From: an uncultured virus (IMG/VR IMGVR_UViG_3300036466_000576) | Taxonomy: Duplodnaviria; Heunggongvirae; Uroviricota; Caudoviricetes | IMG/VR virus record: IMGVR_UViG_3300036466_000576 | Direction: 5' to 3' (one strand) | Length of the DNA: 64,000 nt | Shown: positions 60,501 to 64,000 of the stretch, piece by piece | Layout of the letters: every line of letters starts with the position of its first letter | How positions within the stretch are numbered: the stretch's first letter is position 1 | The notes under the pieces: generated by a model | Told to the model about the DNA's origin: nothing | Databases searched by the model: none | The model's input: only the letters and a program-made list of their open reading frames with translations | Made by a program: the position numbers and the translations under genes

Positions 60501-62414
60501 TTACACATCAATTTGAAGTCTTTTATCTCCAATTTCTTTTGAATATTCAAAAATAAATTTTTTTCTTTTCTTACTGTCGCTTCCCATTAACATATCAAAC
60601 ACTTCTTCTGCATATTCACTATCTTCTATAGTTACCTGTTCTAAAACTCTTGCTTTTGGATCCATTGTTGTTGTCCATAATTGTTCAGGGTTCATTTCTC
60701 CTAAACCCTTATACCTTTGCAGTTTAAAATTATCTTCTTTATGAGCTATTCTATATTCAGACAATTCTTCATCAGAATATAAGTAATACTCTTTTTTCCG
60801 TTGAGTTATTTTATATAATGGCGGTTTTGCAATATAGACATGACCTCTTTCAATTAGCTCTTTCATATGATTATAAATTAATGTTAAAATTAAAGTAACA
60901 ATATGCTGACCATCAACATCAGCATCAGTCATTAATATGATTTTGTCATATCTTAAATTATTAATGTTAAAATCCTTTCCTATATCAGTCCCAATAGCAT
61001 TTAAAATAGACATTATTTCATTATTTTTTAAAATAGTTGATAATTTTTTCCCTTCAACATTTAAAATTTTACCCTTTAATGGTAAAATCGCTTGAAAACT
61101 TCTTTCTCTTGCCTGTTTAGCTGAACCACCAGCCGAATCTCCTTCAACCATATATAGTTCTGTTTCATTTTTAGTTCTATTGGAACAATCAGCAAGTTTT
61201 CCTGTTAAATTTACATTTAGTTTCTTTTTCTTTTTTCTAGCTCTTTCTCTTGCTTTTTTAGAAGCCTCTCTTGCTTCAATTGCAGAAATGGCTTTATCTA
61301 TAAGTGCTTTTAAATAATCACTATTAGCTAAAAAATATTTTTCTAAGAATGTGTTCAATTCAGGCTCAATTACCTGTCTTATTTCACTATTTCCTAATTT
61401 TGTTTTAGTTTGCCCTTCAAACTGAGGATTAGGCAATTTAAAACTAACAACAGCTGTAATACCTTCTCTAATATCTTTCCCGTTTAAACTATCTATTTTT
61501 TTAGGAAGTAAATTATTATCTTTACATACTTTATTGATAGCTCTTGTAAATGCAGATTTAAAAGCTGTTTCATGATAACCACCATCAATAGTATAAATAT
61601 TATTTGCATATGATAATATTTTTTCCCCATATCCTTTATTATGTTGGAAAGCTATCTCTACATTATAATTTTTAATATTTTTTTCAATATAGGCAACATC
61701 TTTATTGATAACTTTTTTCTTACTATTTAAATCTTTAACAAAAGCTTTTATACCTCCTTCAAAACAAAGTTCTACATCATCTTTTTTATTATCAGTTTTG
61801 TCTTCTAAAATTATTTTTAACCCTTTATTTAAATATGCAGATTGTTTTAATTTTTCGTAAATTGTTTTATAACTATATTTAACATTATCAAAAATATTAT
61901 CATCTGCTTTATATTTAATATAAGTTCCTGTTCTTGTTTTGTATCCCTTTTTCTTTTTTAATTTCCCTTGAGGTACCCCTTTTTTATATTCTTGAATATA
62001 TTTTTTTCCATCTCTATATATTTCTACTACTAAGTAAGAACTTAAAGCATTTACAACAGATATCCCAACCCCATGTAAACCACCAGAAACTTTATATGAA
62101 TCATTATCAAATTTACCACCTGCATGAAGAGTGGTCATAACAAGTTCAAGGGCAGACCTTCCATGTTCTTTATGAGTATCTACTGGAATACCTCGCCCCC
62201 AATCTTCAACAGATATATAATTATCATTTAGAATACTAACTTTTATTTTATCTCCATTACCAGCCAAAAATTCATCGATACTATTATCAACAACTTCCCA
62301 AATCATATGATGAAGACCCCTTGTATCTGTAGAACCAATATACATTCCTGGTCTTTCTCGAACTGGTTCAAGACCTTTTAAAACTTTTATTTGTTCAGCA
62401 TTGTAATCAGTCAA
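60501..62414 (-). CDS. gyrB: DNA gyrase subunit B (type IIA topoisomerase B)
   Basis: RPGMYIGS, EVVDNSIDE, LHAGGKF, VEGDSAGG, PLKGK, TDADVDG, RYKGLGEM. Confidence 0.95.
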   Translation of the reverse strand: MTDYNAEQIKVLKGLEPVRERPGMYIGSTDTRGLHHMIWEVVDNSIDEFLAGNGDKIKVSILNDNYISVEDWGRGIPVDTHKEHGRSALELVMTTLHAGGKFDNDSYKVSGGLHGVGISVVNALSSYLVVEIYRDGKKYIQEYKKGVPQGKLKKKKGYKTRTGTYIKYKADDNIFDNVKYSYKTIYEKLKQSAYLNKGLKIILEDKTDNKKDDVELCFEGGIKAFVKDLNSKKKVINKDVAYIEKNIKNYNVEIAFQHNKGYGEKILSYANNIYTIDGGYHETAFKSAFTRAINKVCKDNNLLPKKIDSLNGKDIREGITAVVSFKLPNPQFEGQTKTKLGNSEIRQVIEPELNTFLEKYFLANSDYLKALIDKAISAIEAREASKKARERARKKKKKLNVNLTGKLADCSNRTKNETELYMVEGDSAGGSAKQARERSFQAILPLKGKILNVEGKKLSTILKNNEIMSILNAIGTDIGKDFNINNLRYDKIILMTDADVDGQHIVTLILTLIYNHMKELIERGHVYIAKPPLYKITQRKKEYYLYSDEELSEYRIAHKEDNFKLQRYKGLGEMNPEQLWTTTMDPKARVLEQVTIEDSEYAEEVFDMLMGSDSKKRKKFIFEYSKEIGDKRLQIDV

Positions 62415-62432
62415 TATAATTTCCTCCTTATT

Positions 62433-62663
62433 TTAATTTATTATATTATATTTAATTTCATGTATTTTATAGACTATATTTGGAGATACATTCTTATTAA
62501 TAAAAGACCAAAAATAAATATTAGCTAATTTAAAAGATTGAAACACATAATCTATCATCCCAATTAAGTCATTGTATTCATTTCTCATAAAGCCAAATAA
62601 AACAACAATAAAAACAAAAATAACAAGAACTGTAATTATGAAATTTATAATTTTTTTTATCAT
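62433..62663 (-). CDS. Small membrane protein
   Basis: N-terminal TM; RBS AAGGTGG. Confidence 0.65.
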   Translation of the reverse strand: MIKKIINFIITVLVIFVFIVVLFGFMRNEYNDLIGMIDYVFQSFKLANIYFWSFINKNVSPNIVYKIHEIKYNIIN

Positions 62664-62673
62664 TTAACCACCT

Positions 62674-63690
62674 TTATTTATCATATAAAAAATCAACATA
62701 TTTTTTATAAAAAGTCTCTGTCTTTTTATTATAATAAAGTGGGATGTCTAATAAATCGCACAACCTATCTACTGGTTTATGACTTATATGTTGGTACCCA
62801 TTAGCTAAAATGAGAACCATATTTCCCATTGCTTCATATATTTCCGCACTAATCAATAGATTTTTATTTAATTTAATAGAATCTTGATATAGTGCCATTC
62901 CTGTTATATCTACAATGGTGAAAAAATATTCGTCTCCATTATTATCAAAAATTCCATTTTCATTTTGTGGTCGAGGAACAACTCCAACTGGAATTTCAAA
63001 ATAACCTTCTTTGTTTTTCATTCCATTAATAGTTTCAAAAGTTTTTAAAAGGATCATATAAATACTATAATTTAAATTTTGAAAATAGTTCATTTTTTTC
63101 AAAAATTCATCTTTTGAATACTTATTTTTTTGATTATCTTCCTTGTCTAATTCAGTATAAATGTTTTTTTGATTCAAAACATCTTTTAAATTATTATTTT
63201 CTTTTGCATGATTGAAGTTAAAATTTAATGTTTCTATTTCTTCAGCAGGGATATTTTCTTCAAACTCCAAGATATTTGAAAAACTTTGGTTTTCTGTTTC
63301 ACCTTCTAACATAGAATTGTTATTTTCTTTGTCTTCTATTTTTTCTTCTTTTTCAGATAAAAATATTTTTTTCTTATCTATATTATCCCCTTTTTGTTTT
63401 AACATCTTTTCTACAATTTCAATTGCTCTATATGCTTTTGGAATATTTAAAGACCGATAGAACATTTCATCGGCAAAATAAACATTATCAAGTTGAGATA
63501 ATTTTATAATAGATTTATTTGACCAAAAAGAATTGTTTCTTTTGTTTTTTTTACTAACAGCAATAAAAATTTTTTTATCATCATATATATTTTTAGCTAA
63601 TTCATATATTTTATTTAAATCTAACTTTTCAGTTGAAATTTTATTTTTATCTACAATTTTAATTAGAAATGTTTTTTTCAACTTCTTCAA
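62674..63690 (-). CDS. Hypothetical protein
   Basis: 338-aa ORF in the operon upstream of gyrB. Confidence 0.7.
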   Translation of the reverse strand: MKKLKKTFLIKIVDKNKISTEKLDLNKIYELAKNIYDDKKIFIAVSKKNKRNNSFWSNKSIIKLSQLDNVYFADEMFYRSLNIPKAYRAIEIVEKMLKQKGDNIDKKKIFLSEKEEKIEDKENNNSMLEGETENQSFSNILEFEENIPAEEIETLNFNFNHAKENNNLKDVLNQKNIYTELDKEDNQKNKYSKDEFLKKMNYFQNLNYSIYMILLKTFETINGMKNKEGYFEIPVGVVPRPQNENGIFDNNGDEYFFTIVDITGMALYQDSIKLNKNLLISAEIYEAMGNMVLILANGYQHISHKPVDRLCDLLDIPLYYNKKTETFYKKYVDFLYDK

Positions 63691-63976
63691 CCCCTTTGTC
63701 TTTTTGTTTTTTATTTCTTTCTTCCCGTTGCTCTACAATTTTATTTCTTTGAATGAAAGAAATATTTTCTTTCATTATTATTTGTGAACTTTCAGGTAAT
63801 ACATTAAAAAGAAATTGATCATCAATATAGCTAATAATTCGTTTGACACTATTTTTTAATGTTTTTTCAGTTTCCATAAAAAATTTCTCAGCTGGCTTTT
63901 TACATTTATAACTTACTTCGTCTTTGTGATAACAACACTTATGATCTTTACATTTATTATATTTACAAAAACTCAA
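63659..63976 (-). CDS. Small Cys-rich hypothetical protein
   Basis: CKYNKCKDHKCC...C; overlaps next gene. Confidence 0.6.
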   Translation of the reverse strand: MSFCKYNKCKDHKCCYHKDEVSYKCKKPAEKFFMETEKTLKNSVKRIISYIDDQFLFNVLPESSQIIMKENISFIQRNKIVEQREERNKKQKDKGVEEVEKNISN

Positions 63977-64000
63977 AGTTCCCCAATTTTCATATTTTTT

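Noticed and set aside
55870..62414. Chromosomal oriC region suggested by dnaN and gyrB
   Set aside because: Genes are convergent and separated; no dnaA, recF, gyrA or DnaA-box cluster
1..64000. tRNA, rRNA, CRISPR arrays, IS elements, stop-codon reassignment
   Set aside because: None recognised by eye; conserved genes are full length in the standard code

Overview
A very AT-rich, densely coding 64-kb segment with strong Shine-Dalgarno sites and sigma-A-like promoters typical of low-GC Firmicutes. An lnt gene hints at a diderm Firmicute host such as Halanaerobiales (inference). Divergent replication, repair and topology genes are scattered among many orphans: a DnaD-like initiator-DnaC-DnaB operon, dnaG, dnaN, a double-OB ssb, topA, gyrB, DinG, a RecJ-HIRAN-helicase fusion, two RadC, dcd and tmk. 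The window also has a ParM/ParR partition pair, two orphan DNA methyltransferases, a MoxR AAA+/vWA pair, AbrB, Veg and a pilin-RCC1 fusion. This fits a megaplasmid or secondary replicon (or phage-plasmid) better than a core chromosome. I saw no rRNA, tRNA, CRISPR array, transposase or virion genes. Main observations not explained by the ORF track: (1) a palindrome TATGTC-WW-GACATA at three promoters, including the replication operon and an uncalled 47-aa RHH-like gene; (2) a strand-polar A-tract/WGACAW element in about 14 gene leaders; (3) a second protein with its own RBS nested out of frame inside the C5 methyltransferase gene; (4) three genes that appear to start at ATA/ATC. All family calls come from motif recognition by eye; no database search was run.
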